Positions 1 to 10,522 are shown, numbered from the stretch's first letter. The stretch: 64,000 nucleotides of DNA from Desulfatiglandales bacterium (GCA_963667015.2 CAXXJJ010000004.1:3520001-3584000), one strand, 5' to 3'. The notes: generated by a model from the letters alone, not told the origin. Program-made: numbers and translations.

Positions 1-386
1 ATTGCAGTAATAGACGGCAGATTAAAACCCGCGGCAATACCTATTACCAGCATGGCAAGGCGTATTGTTGTCAGGGATGTAAAGGATACACAAACGAAAA
101 GGGCTATTGATACACAGAAAATGGAGAGCGTAAGGGTCCCCTTATGATTTATCCTGGATGATACAAAGCCCGACGATACGGCACCTATAAAAAATCCCAA
201 TGAACTTATCAGGAAGATGGACCCTGCCTGGCCGGTAGAGATATTCAATTCACTGCTTATTGTAGGAAGCAGCGGGGAGAATATAAACCGGCTTATGAAG
301 GTAAGAAAAAAAACCAGGGTAAGATACAGGATACTCCAGAACATGGATCGAAAAGTTTCAGGTATAGGACAGGATTTGTCGGACAT
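1..386 (-). CDS. MFS transporter (partial, runs off window start)
   Basis: Manual translation from ATG at 386 (GGAGG RBS upstream): MSDKSCPIPETFRSMFWSILYLTLVFFLTFISRFIFSPLLPTISSELNISTGQAGSIFLISSLGFFIG..., a typical MFS TM1-TM2 pattern. Not in the ORF track. Confidence 0.8.
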   Translation of the reverse strand, partial: MSDKSCPIPETFRSMFWSILYLTLVFFLTFISRFIFSPLLPTISSELNISTGQAGSIFLISSLGFFIGAVSSGFVSSRINHKGTLTLSIFCVSIALFVCVSFTSLTTIRLAMLVIGIAAGFNLPSITA

Positions 387-693
387 AAAGCCTCCCTTAT
401 TTCATTAATTCTTTTCTTTTAAATTCATTACATTTTATGTGGTAGTTTGGATATATTCCGTTGACCTATACTTTTCAAAATTATATCCGAACAACTCTTT
501 ACATCTGTTTTAATTTTTAAGAATGCCATATTTTTCAGGTTTTATAAAGTAATACCGGTATCCTTAAAAATTAAAACAGGATACAGGTTTCATCTAGGAA
601 CTTCAGTTTATGGCCCCATACCCAAAAATATCCATCTCAAATAACAAAAAGCCAGACAGGATAAGGTTGTATTTATACAAATAGTTTTTTAAT

Positions 694-1680
694 ATGTCGA
701 TTATGCTTGAGATAGGAAATATAAAACTGGAAAACAGATTCATTCTCGCGCCAATGGCCGGGATTACAAACCTGCCCTTTCGTCTTTTGATAAAAAGTCT
801 TGGCGCGGGTCTTGTTTACAGCGAAATGGTCAGTTCCATGGGGCTTCATCTAAACCAGAAGAAAACCATGGAATATATTATGAGCGCACCAGCCGAAAAA
901 CCTGTTGCTGTTCAGATATTCGGTTCTGATCCGTCTGTCATGGCCATGGCAGCACAAAAGGTTGTAGACAACGGCGCGGATATTGTGGACATCAATATGG
1001 GCTGTCCTGTCAAAAAGGTTACAAAAACAGGTGCAGGAGCAGCCCTGCTCAAAAATCTGGACAGGGCTCAAAAGATAATATCCGCCGTGAGGATAGCATG
1101 CCGGGTGCCGCTCACTGTAAAGATCAGGACCGGCTGGTCGAGTGACGAAATAATAGCCTGCGATGCTGCCAGGCTGATAGAGGATTGCGGGGCCGATGCG
1201 GTGATTCTTCATGCCCGTACTGCTGCACAGGGATATTCAGGGTACGCCGACTGGGATATGATCGCAAGGGTCAGGGAAAGCGTTAAAATTCCTGTTATCG
1301 GGAACGGAGATGTAAATGAGGCCGGGGATATATTCAGAATGATGAAACAGACAGGATGTGACGGGGTAATGATCGGACGGGCCTCTTCACGAAATCCATG
1401 GATATTCAGGCAGGCCATTGAATATGAAAAGGGAAACGCCCTGTATGTCCCTGATGTATCGGAGAGAAGAAGGCTGATCATGGAGCACTATAACCATTTG
1501 ACCAGTGCTGTAGGTGACCGGAGGGCCATGCTCTGCATGAGGGGGCTTCTTTTGAGATATACAAAGGGCCTTCCGGGAAGCAGCAGGTTCAGGGAATTGT
1601 TCACTAAAATAAAGGATTTTAAGTCACTTATATCCGCCATGGACGGATATTTTCAGACACTGGAGGAAAAAGGCTATTGA
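694..1680 (+). CDS. dusB: tRNA-dihydrouridine synthase
   Basis: Motifs LAPMAG, DINMGCP, VKIRTGW, HART, NGDV, GVMIGR. Confidence 0.92.
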   Translation: MSIMLEIGNIKLENRFILAPMAGITNLPFRLLIKSLGAGLVYSEMVSSMGLHLNQKKTMEYIMSAPAEKPVAVQIFGSDPSVMAMAAQKVVDNGADIVDINMGCPVKKVTKTGAGAALLKNLDRAQKIISAVRIACRVPLTVKIRTGWSSDEIIACDAARLIEDCGADAVILHARTAAQGYSGYADWDMIARVRESVKIPVIGNGDVNEAGDIFRMMKQTGCDGVMIGRASSRNPWIFRQAIEYEKGNALYVPDVSERRRLIMEHYNHLTSAVGDRRAMLCMRGLLLRYTKGLPGSSRFRELFTKIKDFKSLISAMDGYFQTLEEKGY

Positions 1681-3410
1681 AGGTTAAGCTTGCAAGATCG
1701 GCCGGCTTCTGCATGGGTGTGCGCCGTGCCATGGAAATGGTTCTGGCAGAGGCAAACAGGAACGAAGGTGTACTTTACACCTATGGCCCGCTTATACACA
1801 ACACCCAGGTCATAGACCTGTTAAAATCGAAAAATGTAGAGTCAATCAGCGACATTTCCGGCCTTAAAAACGGGACCGTCCTTATAAGGGCCCATGGAAT
1901 ACCTCCCGAAGAAAGGAACATGCTTAAGGCCTCTAGCATGAAGATTATCGACGCCACATGTCCCAGGGTTGCAAAGGTTCAGGCAATAATCAGGCGTCAT
2001 GCAAAAAAGGGGTACACCCCTGTAATAGTGGGGGACAAGGATCATGCCGAGGTAATAGGCCTTGTAGGCTATGGTGAAGGAAAGGCCATTGTCATTAACA
2101 GTGCGGACGAGATCTCTCACCTGCCGGAATCGGAAAAAATATGCCTCGTTGCCCAGACAACCCAGAACGAGAAGGTATTTGAGGATATTGCAAATCTGAT
2201 AACCGGGCGCTTTCCCGAAACGCTTGTTTTTAACACCATATGCGAGGCAACAAGCGAACGTCAGTCCGAGGTCAAGGAGATAGCATCACACGTTGACTGC
2301 ATGGTCGTGGTGGGAGGATACCACAGCGGCAACACGAAAAGGCTGGCCCTGGTTTCCGAAGAGGCAGGCACCCGGGCCCTTCATATTGAAACCGAAAAAG
2401 AGATAAAAAAAGAAGACTTTAAAGATATGGAGGTAGTAGGCGTTACGGCCGGGGCATCAACACCCAACTGGATGATAAAAAATGTTATAAAGGAAATTGA
2501 AGGCATCAAGGGCAGGAATGAGACGTTTCTTGAACGATGGATCAAAAAGGTTTTTAAATTCCTTCTCCTGAGCAACCTGCTGGTTTCCCTGGGCGCATTA
2601 TCCCTTTCATATACAGCATCGATCCTTTCAGACAGGAGCCCGGATATTCACTATCCCCTGCTGACCTTTTTTTACATATATGCGGTTCATGTTATCTACA
2701 GGTTCCTGGACAAGGGCGCCAGCACATATAATGATCCTGAAAGGGCCGGGTTTTACAGGCGCTACAGGGTTTTTCTCGGATTTTCCAGTATGCTTTCCAT
2801 ATTCTGCGCCCTCAGCCTTTCCTATAACATGGGCATAAATGTGTTTATAATAATGTCAGGGCTTATTCTTCTGGGTGTTTTTTACAGTATTCCCATTGTC
2901 CCGTCAGGTGTAAGACATCTGTGGCGTTATGCAAAGATCAAAGATATCCCGGGGTCCAAGACCCTGCTTGAGGCGTTTGCCTGGGCAGTGGTGATAACAC
3001 TTGTTCCTCTTCTCACAGCAGAGGCAATCAAATGGCCGGCAGTAATTGTGACATTCTTTGTAGTCCTTTCCCTGGCATTTGTTCGTACGGCATTTTTTGA
3101 TGTATTCCAGGTACAGGGAGACCTTATTGTGGGTGTTGAAACCCTGCCAATAACCCTTGGCGAAAAACGAACCATGTCTCTCCTTAAATGGATAATAATT
3201 TTTGCAGGCGCTGTGCTGGTCTTTGCAGCGGTCTCAGGGGTTGTCAGCACCTTCGCCTTACTCCTGTTAGCAGTATTTTTTACACTCTCCATGTGCCTTA
3301 TCGCCTATGAAAAAAGGAGGATATACCCGGGGACCTTTCTTGAGGCGCTGGTTGAGGGTAATCTGTTTTTTGCAGGGTTTTTAGGTATTATCTGGCAGAC
3401 TCTTTCATGA
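1677..3410 (+). CDS. ispH: IspH (HMBPP reductase) fused to a C-terminal UbiA-like membrane prenyltransferase domain
   Basis: GFCMGV, IHN, DATCP, HAEV, TICEAT and TAGASTP motifs with all three Fe-S Cys, then about 290 aa of multi-TM sequence with KDIPGSK and DVFQVQGD..G.ETLP. TTG start overlaps the dusB stop. Confidence 0.9.
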   Translation: MKVKLARSAGFCMGVRRAMEMVLAEANRNEGVLYTYGPLIHNTQVIDLLKSKNVESISDISGLKNGTVLIRAHGIPPEERNMLKASSMKIIDATCPRVAKVQAIIRRHAKKGYTPVIVGDKDHAEVIGLVGYGEGKAIVINSADEISHLPESEKICLVAQTTQNEKVFEDIANLITGRFPETLVFNTICEATSERQSEVKEIASHVDCMVVVGGYHSGNTKRLALVSEEAGTRALHIETEKEIKKEDFKDMEVVGVTAGASTPNWMIKNVIKEIEGIKGRNETFLERWIKKVFKFLLLSNLLVSLGALSLSYTASILSDRSPDIHYPLLTFFYIYAVHVIYRFLDKGASTYNDPERAGFYRRYRVFLGFSSMLSIFCALSLSYNMGINVFIIMSGLILLGVFYSIPIVPSGVRHLWRYAKIKDIPGSKTLLEAFAWAVVITLVPLLTAEAIKWPAVIVTFFVVLSLAFVRTAFFDVFQVQGDLIVGVETLPITLGEKRTMSLLKWIIIFAGAVLVFAAVSGVVSTFALLLLAVFFTLSMCLIAYEKRRIYPGTFLEALVEGNLFFAGFLGIIWQTLS

Positions 3411-4261
3411 TCGAAGTAAGCGTAATTATCCCGACATATAACCGGGCAGAAAAGGTCTGCCGTGCCGTCAAATCAGTCCTTGACCAGACCTTTACGGATT
3501 TTGAGATAATAGTAATCGATGACGCATCCACTGACGACACAATAGACCGGTTAAAAAAATTCGGCGACAGGGTAAAGATAATAAGACCTTCTGAAAACAA
3601 AGGAGTGTCAGCCGCCAGGAATTCGGGCATACGGGCGGCAGATGGAAGATATATTGCGCTGCTTGATTCCGATGATTACTGGATGCCTGAAAAACTCCAG
3701 GTTCAATTAGACTTCTTTAATGAAAACCCTGAGGCGGTTATCTGTCAGGCACGGGAAATATGGATAAGAAAGGGCAAGCGTGTCAATCCTGCAAAAAAAC
3801 ACCTGAAACCCTCGGGTGATATATTCATCCCATCCCTTAAGCTCTGCCTCGTAAGCCCCTCAGCCGTTATGTTCAAAAAATCACTGCTGGATGAGGTCGG
3901 CCTGTTTGATGAAGAGTTTCCTGTATGTGAAGATTATGACCTGTGGCTGAGGATAGCATATAGATATCCGGTCTATCTCATTGAGCAGGATCTTCTTGTC
4001 AAGGAAGGCGGCGCGCCTGACCAGCTTTCTTCAAGCATGCCGGGCATGGACAGATACAGGATAATGGCAATGGCCAAAATCTATAAAAGGGGCGTGCTGA
4101 ATGATTCTCAGAGGCATGCCCTTATAAATGAGCTTGGAGAAAAATGCAGGGTTTATGGAGAAGGGTGCATAAAAAGGGGAAAAAATGAGGAGGGGGAATA
4201 TTATCTGAGTCTTGTAAAAAAACTGATAAACCACGAATCACACCAACTACACGAAAGTTAA
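3407..4261 (+). CDS. Glycosyltransferase family 2
   Basis: VSVIIPTYNR, DDASTD, GVSAARN, LDSDD, EDYDLWLR. ATGA overlap with the upstream gene. Confidence 0.9.
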   Translation: MIEVSVIIPTYNRAEKVCRAVKSVLDQTFTDFEIIVIDDASTDDTIDRLKKFGDRVKIIRPSENKGVSAARNSGIRAADGRYIALLDSDDYWMPEKLQVQLDFFNENPEAVICQAREIWIRKGKRVNPAKKHLKPSGDIFIPSLKLCLVSPSAVMFKKSLLDEVGLFDEEFPVCEDYDLWLRIAYRYPVYLIEQDLLVKEGGAPDQLSSSMPGMDRYRIMAMAKIYKRGVLNDSQRHALINELGEKCRVYGEGCIKRGKNEEGEYYLSLVKKLINHESHQLHES

Positions 4262-4269
4262 AAAAAATC

Positions 4270-4509
4270 TTATTCCCTTAAAAATACCTCTTCCAGTCCC
4301 CATGTATCTTTTAAAATATCATGCACAAGCAAATAGCCTTTGCTGTCATGGGCCAGCACCTTGTAATAATCAGCATCAGGAGTTCTCCACTGCTCGATAA
4401 TTTTATCAACCATAAGCTTTTTATCTCCGGCAATAAAACTTACCGGCCTCTCATCAGCCCTGTAGCCTGAATAACATTCAACTTTGATATCGGATATTCT
4501 CTGGTTCAA
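4270..4509 (-). CDS. Small conserved-type hypothetical protein
   Basis: 79 aa with AGGAG RBS, last gene of the minus-strand Mla/MCE run. Confidence 0.6.
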   Translation of the reverse strand: MNQRISDIKVECYSGYRADERPVSFIAGDKKLMVDKIIEQWRTPDADYYKVLAHDSKGYLLVHDILKDTWGLEEVFLRE

Positions 4510-4530
4510 TTAATTCTTTCTCCTTAATGA

Positions 4531-5172
4531 TCAGCCCTGCATTCCCTGCCTGATGAATGTATGCAAATCTCCTGTAATCTGGCGGGATATCTTTTCCATT
4601 GCCCTGCTCAATGCCTGGGCAAGGGAAGCCGGGTTTTTCTTTTCACATTTTTCGGATACGCTGTATGATCTCTGAAATACATCCATCCCTGCCTTCTTCG
4701 CCTTTCCCTCGGGTATCAGGCTTATACTCAGGGACAGGACGCCGCTCCAATCCTTATCTCCGTCAAGCTCATAAAACTCGTCAACCATTCCTCCCAGACG
4801 GAAGGTATACTCCCTGCTTCGTTCCCCCGGGAGCATGACCCCTTTAAATAAACCTGAGTTTTTGAGATCACGTCCGAACATATATGTGACAATATCTGCA
4901 GGGTTTACAGCCCACCTGTGATAGGTGTAGGAGTCTCTTTTATAAGCACTTTCCTGGTAAATGATATGGGTTGTATTGTAGACAGGAGACACCTTGAAGG
5001 GTTCAACCTTTATAAAATAAGGCAGCCGCTCCTTCCCTGGAAAGTCGGGGGAGTTATATTCAAGTGAATAATATTCTATTTCCGGATTTGGCTGCTTCAG
5101 ATTCATGCATGATGCAAAAGTCAAAAAAGGAAAGATAAAAAGGATGGCGATAGAATATTTTTTAATGAGCAT
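4531..5172 (-). CDS. ABC-transport auxiliary lipoprotein (PqiC-like)
   Basis: Lipobox FASC, YYSL and YHRWA motifs, downstream of an MCE gene. Confidence 0.8.
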   Translation of the reverse strand: MLIKKYSIAILFIFPFLTFASCMNLKQPNPEIEYYSLEYNSPDFPGKERLPYFIKVEPFKVSPVYNTTHIIYQESAYKRDSYTYHRWAVNPADIVTYMFGRDLKNSGLFKGVMLPGERSREYTFRLGGMVDEFYELDGDKDWSGVLSLSISLIPEGKAKKAGMDVFQRSYSVSEKCEKKNPASLAQALSRAMEKISRQITGDLHTFIRQGMQG

Positions 5173-5197
5173 AATTTTACTCCATAAACTATTAGGA

Positions 5198-6199
5198 TTA
5201 TTTCTCGATCTTTTTTGGAGGGCGCGGCTCTCCGAACAGCAGCTGGGAAGGCTGATCTGTAACTATATCGGTTATCCTGTTAATATTTTCCGTTGCCCTC
5301 TCAATATTTTTTGCGATATCATCAAGGTTTTCGCCAAGCTGATAGATCGTATCATCCGCACCGGTAATCATCGAGTTTCCTGTATCCAGCAGGCTGTTAA
5401 CCTTTTCCATTGCATCCCTGAAATCAACAATGGCCTCGCTGATTGTCTTTTCGTTACCGGTGGTAATCTTTTCAAGGCTTGCAAGGGAATTATCAAACTT
5501 GCCCATACTTACGTCGGCCTTTGCAGCCATGCTCTCGAGCAGTTTCATTGCATCTTCCACCGATGTCAGTATCCGGTCCCAGCGCTCCCTTTCAACAATG
5601 GTTCCAATATCTTCAAGGGATGACTCAAGGTTTTTTGAAAGCCCTTTAATATTGGCATCAGCTATCATCTGGTCAAAACTGTCCAGGGCGCTCTTGATTC
5701 TCCCGGATATGCCCTCCAGGTCTATGGCATTTATCTGGTTAAGAAAGTCACCAACTCCGTCAAGTATCTCGCGTATATTTGACGGTTTGGATGAAATAAC
5801 AGGATAGGGCCACTGGAAATCAAAAAAAGGGGTTTTGTCTTCTTCACCCTCTTTCTTCTGGTCAAGCTCAATAAACATGCTTCCTGTAATACCCACAACA
5901 CTCAACTGTGCAACCATATTTGGTTCAATATTGTGACCCTTGTCTATCTTGACAATGACCTGAATAAGTTTTGAATCGGGTGCAACTTCAATCCTGTCCA
6001 CCCGCCCGATTGCAACACCCCTGTATTTTACAGGAGAATCAATATCAAGCCCCTGAACAGATTCATTAAAATAAATCGCATAGTATTGTCCCTTTTCCAG
6101 GAAGCGGGACATGCCCAGCCAGAGGAATGCAACCACAGCTATGGTGGTGCCGAGAAAAACAAAAAGACCTACCGTAAATTTTGTTTTCTGTGAAGCCAT
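5198..6199 (-). CDS. mlaD: MCE/MlaD family protein
   Basis: N-terminal TM, GL..DSPVKYRGVAIGRV MCE signature, helical C-terminus ending QPSQLLF. Confidence 0.88.
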   Translation of the reverse strand: MASQKTKFTVGLFVFLGTTIAVVAFLWLGMSRFLEKGQYYAIYFNESVQGLDIDSPVKYRGVAIGRVDRIEVAPDSKLIQVIVKIDKGHNIEPNMVAQLSVVGITGSMFIELDQKKEGEEDKTPFFDFQWPYPVISSKPSNIREILDGVGDFLNQINAIDLEGISGRIKSALDSFDQMIADANIKGLSKNLESSLEDIGTIVERERWDRILTSVEDAMKLLESMAAKADVSMGKFDNSLASLEKITTGNEKTISEAIVDFRDAMEKVNSLLDTGNSMITGADDTIYQLGENLDDIAKNIERATENINRITDIVTDQPSQLLFGEPRPPKKIEK

Positions 6200-6242
6200 T
6201 ATTATAATCCTTACTTATTATTTTAAGACTTTATGACTTAGA

Positions 6243-7001
6243 CTATTTATCTTCTCTGCCCGAATTAAAAAACTCTTTCACATATTTATTATGACTGTGC
6301 TCCTTCAGATAGTTGGGATCACCCTCGGCTATTATACCCTTTGCCTGTTTGTCCAGCATGATAACCCTTTGCGCTATTGTAAATATGCTTGAAAGCTCAT
6401 GTGTAACGACCACCATGGTTGTTCCCAGTATTCTGTTCAGGTTCAGTATAAGGTCGTCGAGTCCCGCAGAAGTTACCGGATCAAGCCCGGCTGACGGCTC
6501 ATCAAAAAAAAGAATCTTCGGATTGAGCGCCATGGCCCGGGCAAGGCCTGCCCTTTTTTTCATTCCGCCGCTGAGCTCGGAAGGCAGATAGTCCTCGTAA
6601 CCATCAAGGTCTACCAGCCTCAGCTTCATTTTTACCATCCTGGCTATTGATTCTTCAGGAAGATCGGTATATTCCCTTATGGGAAGAGCGATATTCTCAC
6701 CAATGGTCATGGAGCCAAGGAGGGCTGATCCCTGATATAAAACCCCTATCTTTCGGAGGATCCGCTTAAAGGTTATGCCATCATTTTCCGTTATCCTGTC
6801 GCCGTCTATCACTATTTCACCGGAAAGGGGTTTAATCAGCCCGATCAGATGTTTGAGCAGTGTGCTTTTTCCGCAGCCGCTTCCGCCCAGGATAACAAAG
6901 ATCTCCCCTTCAGCAACGTCAAAGGAGACATCATCCAGTATGACTGTTTCGCCATAGCCGCCGACAAGATTTTCAACCTTTATAATTGGTTTTTCATCCA
7001 T
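6243..7001 (-). CDS. mlaF: MlaF-like ABC transporter ATPase
   Basis: GGSGCGKS, LSGGMKKRAGLARA, DEP, VVVTHE. Start moved to MDEKP at 7001 to avoid overlapping mlaE. Confidence 0.9.
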   Translation of the reverse strand: MDEKPIIKVENLVGGYGETVILDDVSFDVAEGEIFVILGGSGCGKSTLLKHLIGLIKPLSGEIVIDGDRITENDGITFKRILRKIGVLYQGSALLGSMTIGENIALPIREYTDLPEESIARMVKMKLRLVDLDGYEDYLPSELSGGMKKRAGLARAMALNPKILFFDEPSAGLDPVTSAGLDDLILNLNRILGTTMVVVTHELSSIFTIAQRVIMLDKQAKGIIAEGDPNYLKEHSHNKYVKEFFNSGREDK

Positions 7002-7002
7002 C

Positions 7003-8154
7003 CTAGAACCAGTAAACATGAATAATCGCAAAGATTGAATCTATCACGACTATCAAAAAAATGCTGCTGACAACCGCAGAGGTTGTTGCCCGTCCCACTG
7101 AATCGGCCCCTCCCCTTACCTGAAATCCCCTCAGGCAACCGATCCACGAAATAATAATGGCAAACACAAAACTTTTCATGACTCCCCAGAATACATAAAA
7201 GAGGGTCAAGGACCTGAGCGTCTGGGCCACATAAGCATGGGGCGAAATATCAAGAACAAAGACACCGACCACCATGCCTCCCAGAACGGCAAACACATCA
7301 GAAAAGAGGGTCAGTATCGGGACAACTACTATTGAAGCAAATATCTTCGGAACAACAAGAAATCTCGTAGGATCAAATCCCATTGTAAAGAGCGCGTCTA
7401 TCTCCTCCGATACCTTCATTGTTCCGATTTCCGAGGCAAAGGATGACCCGCTTCTTCCCGCCACAATTATACAGGTCATAATGGGTCCGAGTTCATATGT
7501 CATGGCCAGGGCAACCAGGGATGCCACATAAATATCAGCCCCAAACTGTCTCAGCTGTATGGATGACATAAAGGCGATTATAAGCCCCATCAGAATACTG
7601 ATGAGGGCCACAATCGGAAGGGCATCAACTCCTGCCCTCTGCATAAAATAAAGTGTATCCCCTTTTCTCAGGGCTCTGGGATGGGTGATAATATACAAAA
7701 CAGCCAGAAATACCGATCCCATAAAGGATATCTCGTATTTAAGGTTAAAAACTGTATTAAGCGTATCCTCGCCAAGGCGTACAAAAAAACCTGCCGGTCT
7801 TTTTTTCTCTATTCCCGTTTCTGTGCCTGCTGTTTCAAAATCCATTAATGAGAGGATGCTCACTATTTCTTCACCTGCGTTAAGTATCCGGAAGGAGTTT
7901 TTATCCTTCAGCATTTCTCTCAATTCCGAAAGGGCAAGGACACCGTAGTCATCCATGAATGAAACATCTTTAAGATCAACGGTAAGAGATGATGGAGTAT
8001 GATGCTTTATATCTTTTTTTATTTCTCTGAGAAAGGAACTTACATTAACCGAATTAATACTGCCGTTTATATTGAGCAGCAGCTCTCCTTCTCCCCTGTC
8101 ACTAAATTCATAGTTATAGGAATCAGGGGTATTATCTGGTTTATTTATTTCCAT
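7003..8154 (-). CDS. mlaE: MlaE permease with N-terminal STAS domain
   Basis: ELGP, AGRSGS, EIGTMKVSEEIDAL, VGRATTSAVV. N-terminal VDLKDVSFMDDYG is STAS-like. Confidence 0.88.
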   Translation of the reverse strand: MEINKPDNTPDSYNYEFSDRGEGELLLNINGSINSVNVSSFLREIKKDIKHHTPSSLTVDLKDVSFMDDYGVLALSELREMLKDKNSFRILNAGEEIVSILSLMDFETAGTETGIEKKRPAGFFVRLGEDTLNTVFNLKYEISFMGSVFLAVLYIITHPRALRKGDTLYFMQRAGVDALPIVALISILMGLIIAFMSSIQLRQFGADIYVASLVALAMTYELGPIMTCIIVAGRSGSSFASEIGTMKVSEEIDALFTMGFDPTRFLVVPKIFASIVVVPILTLFSDVFAVLGGMVVGVFVLDISPHAYVAQTLRSLTLFYVFWGVMKSFVFAIIISWIGCLRGFQVRGGADSVGRATTSAVVSSIFLIVVIDSIFAIIHVYWF

Positions 8155-8184
8155 TCCCGGGATTTTTCATCAAAAGTTTAACAA

Positions 8185-9501
8185 TTATTTTCGCTCAAAC
8201 CTGAACCCAAGCAGGTCATCTTCATTTATTCCATACTTTTCAGCCAGCTCTTCAGGATCAAGCTGAAATACTATCCACCCTTCAGGGATATTGTCGCTGC
8301 TGCACTCAAAGGCCAGTTCCAGTCCCTTTTTTCCCATGGGATGATTCTTGTCTGCGCGGTAAAGTGTAAGGACCTTGTGAAGGGACCTGTCACTTCCTTT
8401 AAATTCAATGCCGGAATAACTGCTCCCTATGATCTGTGAGTCTTCAGGGTTTTCGCCTTTAATATCCAGGGCATCGAACACGGTCAGATCTTTATTGAGC
8501 AGGACAATTCCTGTGTAGGGTATATCCGAGACCTCCTGGACCAAAGCGAATTCCTTGAGGATGTCGTGGGTCTTTATGCCGTCCTTTGATTTAAAATGAT
8601 TTTTTAACAGAGATTTTAACAGGAAAAAATCCTTTCCCAGATCATTTTTAAATTCCTTCTTTGCCGAAATGGTAAAATCAGTTCTGTTAGTCGAAAGAAA
8701 TTTATATGAGAAAAAAACCATGGGCAAAAATATTATCAGGGCCAGCACCAGAGGTATAATCTTTTTGCGTACACGATGGTAATGCTGTTCCATCTCCCTG
8801 AAACGGGTCACATCCCTGCCTATTGAAAGAAGCCCCTGGTAGTTATGGTGCCCGTCATATAATACAGTTGTGCTCGTTGCGATGTAACGAATCCCCTTTT
8901 CCGGATGCTTTATTCTCAGGACCTTTTCCCTGACCGAATACCTGGATGTAAGATCATCACGATAACCGTTATACTCCTCCGGTTCTTCATATATATCCTC
9001 TATCGGTTTATAATGCATATCATCCCATGACCTGCCATACATCTTTTCGGCCACACTGTTCCATGTGAGTATTTTGCCGTCTTTGTTGGTAACAGTCACA
9101 GCGTCGGGAAGCTGATCGCAAAACTCCTTTAATCCATAGAGTATCTGGCTGGTTTCATCAAGGCGTCTCGCCAGCATAAAGGTAATGTCTCTTGCAATCT
9201 CAGGTGAACTGTCCAGGAAATTAGCAATATCTGCCTTTAAGATCTTTAATGCCTTAACATCCTTTACCACCTTGACCGTTGCTGTACGTTTTCCACCCAG
9301 CAGTACGGACATCTCACCAAAAAGTTCACCGGGTTTATTTATCTCGGATATCTTTTTGTTACCTTTAAGTATCTCCAGTTCACCCGATATCAGTATAAAA
9401 AGGTCTTCAGAATCATCTCCTTCTGTGAAGATAATCTGGCCAACCTCAAAGGAGACCATATATTTTAACAGTTCGGGATTGTTTATTATTTTTTCGAGCA
9501 T
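8185..9501 (-). CDS. Membrane protein with cNMP-binding and PAS domains
   Basis: GELFGEMS...RTATV (cNMP), WN..AEKMYG...GRDVT (PAS), one TM segment, extracytoplasmic C-terminus. Confidence 0.8.
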   Translation of the reverse strand: MLEKIINNPELLKYMVSFEVGQIIFTEGDDSEDLFILISGELEILKGNKKISEINKPGELFGEMSVLLGGKRTATVKVVKDVKALKILKADIANFLDSSPEIARDITFMLARRLDETSQILYGLKEFCDQLPDAVTVTNKDGKILTWNSVAEKMYGRSWDDMHYKPIEDIYEEPEEYNGYRDDLTSRYSVREKVLRIKHPEKGIRYIATSTTVLYDGHHNYQGLLSIGRDVTRFREMEQHYHRVRKKIIPLVLALIIFLPMVFFSYKFLSTNRTDFTISAKKEFKNDLGKDFFLLKSLLKNHFKSKDGIKTHDILKEFALVQEVSDIPYTGIVLLNKDLTVFDALDIKGENPEDSQIIGSSYSGIEFKGSDRSLHKVLTLYRADKNHPMGKKGLELAFECSSDNIPEGWIVFQLDPEELAEKYGINEDDLLGFRFERK

Positions 9502-9757
9502 ATGATTTTTATCCGGCCTGAAAATCCTTTCTCTTTAATATGCAAACCTGAAAAATTTCCCTTTTTCGGATATGGAGGGCACAGGGAAAGGGAGCTAAAT
9601 CGGTTTAATGAAGTATAAAAAATGGTATCCCCTGAGTCAAGATAAGGTTTATTTTAGCCTCCCTTAATAATGAACAAAGAGATTTAATTTCAATACTGAC
9701 TTTAACGTAAAAATAAGTTATCTTTGACAAAATAATTTCTGCTAAAGGAGTTTTGGC

Positions 9758-10522
9758 ATGGATACCGTGATAACTTTCAAGGCCGGAGAAACAGTAATAG
9801 AAGAAGGCGATGAAGGTTCCTGGGCCTATGTAATCCTGTCGGGCAAGGTCAGGGTTTTCAAAAATACCGGACTGGGCGAGACAACACTCGCTATTATGGA
9901 GAACGGCCAGGTATTTGGTGAAATGGCCCTTATAGAAGACCGGCCTCGGTCTGCATCTGTAAAGGCGGAAACCAGTCTCAAGCTGAGGGTTATCAACAGG
10001 GAGCAATTTAACGAACTTTTAAGGGAAAATCCATCCAGGCTTATACCTATAATGAAAAGTCTTTTTGAAAGGCTCCGACAATGCAGCAAGATGGTGGCAG
10101 AAAGGGCCGAAGACAATATTGCAGGATACAAAAACAATGTTGAGATCGTAATGGAGGGGCAGTCCGTGGAGGCAAAGAAGGCCCTTAATGACAGGAAACT
10201 CCTTATAACCCAGTTTCCCTTCAGGATAGGTCGACATGTTCCTGCCTTTGACTCTGAAACAGATGTCTTTTATAATAACAATCTCGCTATTGAGGAAGAA
10301 AAACCCTATGTTATTTCAAGGAATCACCTTTCCATTAATTATGAGGGGGGAAAGTTCTGGGTGGTTGACAGGGGAAGCGCATTCGGCCTTGTTGTAAACG
10401 GACAGGAAATAGGCGGTAAGGCTCCAAGATCCCGCATAGCCCTGGATCTGGAACAAAACCAGTTAATCATAGGACCTCCCACATCGGGCTTCATTTTCCT
10501 GATAAATAAAATTATCAACTGA
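9758..10522 (+). CDS. cNMP-binding plus FHA domain protein
   Basis: GQVFGEMAL...PRSASV (cNMP); IGR...ISRNH...D.GS.FG..VNG (FHA). Confidence 0.85.
   Translation: MDTVITFKAGETVIEEGDEGSWAYVILSGKVRVFKNTGLGETTLAIMENGQVFGEMALIEDRPRSASVKAETSLKLRVINREQFNELLRENPSRLIPIMKSLFERLRQCSKMVAERAEDNIAGYKNNVEIVMEGQSVEAKKALNDRKLLITQFPFRIGRHVPAFDSETDVFYNNNLAIEEEKPYVISRNHLSINYEGGKFWVVDRGSAFGLVVNGQEIGGKAPRSRIALDLEQNQLIIGPPTSGFIFLINKIIN

Noticed and set aside
217..408. Plus-strand 63-aa ORF, and the many short ORFs antisense to long genes throughout the track
   Set aside because: Shadow frames of well-supported genes on the opposite strand, with no recognisable motifs.
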